Below, in pieces: positions 63,301 to 64,000 of a DNA stretch of 64,000 nt (positions within the stretch are counted from its first letter, which is position 1; every line of letters begins with the position of its first letter). Both the position numbers and the translations under genes were made by a program. Under the pieces are notes generated by a model. The model had not been told where the DNA came from. It saw only the letters and a list, made by a program, of their open reading frames with translations, and ran no database searches. The DNA is from Haliotis cracherodii (taxonomy: Eukaryota), in contig NW_027266308.1 in NCBI RefSeq assembly GCF_022045235.1, positions 53,816,001-53,880,000 of the forward strand. The letters are read 5' to 3'.

Positions 63301-64000
63301 TCTTTCATATATATTCATTACCATGGACAAACTCAGCTGAATATCAATTAATTCGTAGAGCATGTTTTGAAATGTACCAAATGTCTATGATATTTTCGAT
63401 CTCTTATGTTCACAGCTGTCTGCAATCTTAATTGCCTACTCATGATAACACTGCTGTAAAGTTGGTGCTGCAAATGTTTAGTGTACTGCTTGATTACTTA
63501 CATCAAGATATAGTTGCTTGATTTACAGTTTATTATATCCAGTGCATTTTATTATATCTTTGAGCGTATATATGTACTACATCACAGTCTTTGTGGGATG
63601 TGGGCCTTTCTACATCTCCATGCAAAACTAGAAATGTCTTCTCACTGTAGGTGGTAGGTCAAGGTGCAAAGTAACATATTTGCACTCTTGAGACTAGAGG
63701 CTTTGCGCTGCATCAACACACTTGATCACCCCTGTCACTATTTGTTTACAAACTCAAACAGACCTGCACAGTTTCAGAGCAGTTCATTTTCTAGGCCATT
63801 GACTAAGTGTACATCCAAAATGTCCTAATAATTTTGTTCAATGATATAGGGGAATATCCTATCAAAACTTATACAATCGTAGAAATGTCCTACTGCCTTT
63901 TGTCTCAGGCACAATCACTGTTCTGAGAATGTAGCTTTGTTTTCCTTTTAAATCTGACAGGATAATATAGCAGTATTTCCCTAACCTGTTTGAAAAAAGA

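Overview
Eukaryotic, AT-rich, intron- and repeat-rich animal DNA. It is most likely molluscan (gastropod/abalone-like), inferred from the SINE landscape only. Exon structures were assembled by eye with splice-phase checks. (1) Two tandem minus-strand paralogues of a soluble HSL-family (family IV, HGGG/GDSAG) carboxylesterase: one complete (6616-16084, 8 exons, 322 aa), the other running off the left edge. The complete copy has two intact tandem copies of its catalytic-serine exon only 21 nt apart. (2) A plus-strand 513-aa single-exon ORF with an N-terminal CARD, a TPR-like helical region and a C-terminal membrane anchor, a MAVS-like topology (24336-25877). (3) A complete minus-strand eIF5 gene (10 coding exons, 441 aa). 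Its spliced 5' leader carries a 121-codon overlapping uORF with three in-frame poor-context AUGs, and three introns each hold a copy of the same box C/D snoRNA with a 12-nt antisense to 28S rRNA. (4) A divergent plus-strand transcription unit starting near 45.3-45.8 kb with small phase-compatible exons (MGSVYR-CC...). Also present: a degenerate Tc1/mariner, MITEs, an I/Nimb-type LINE 3' end, at least four SINE families, satellites and a 161-N assembly gap.
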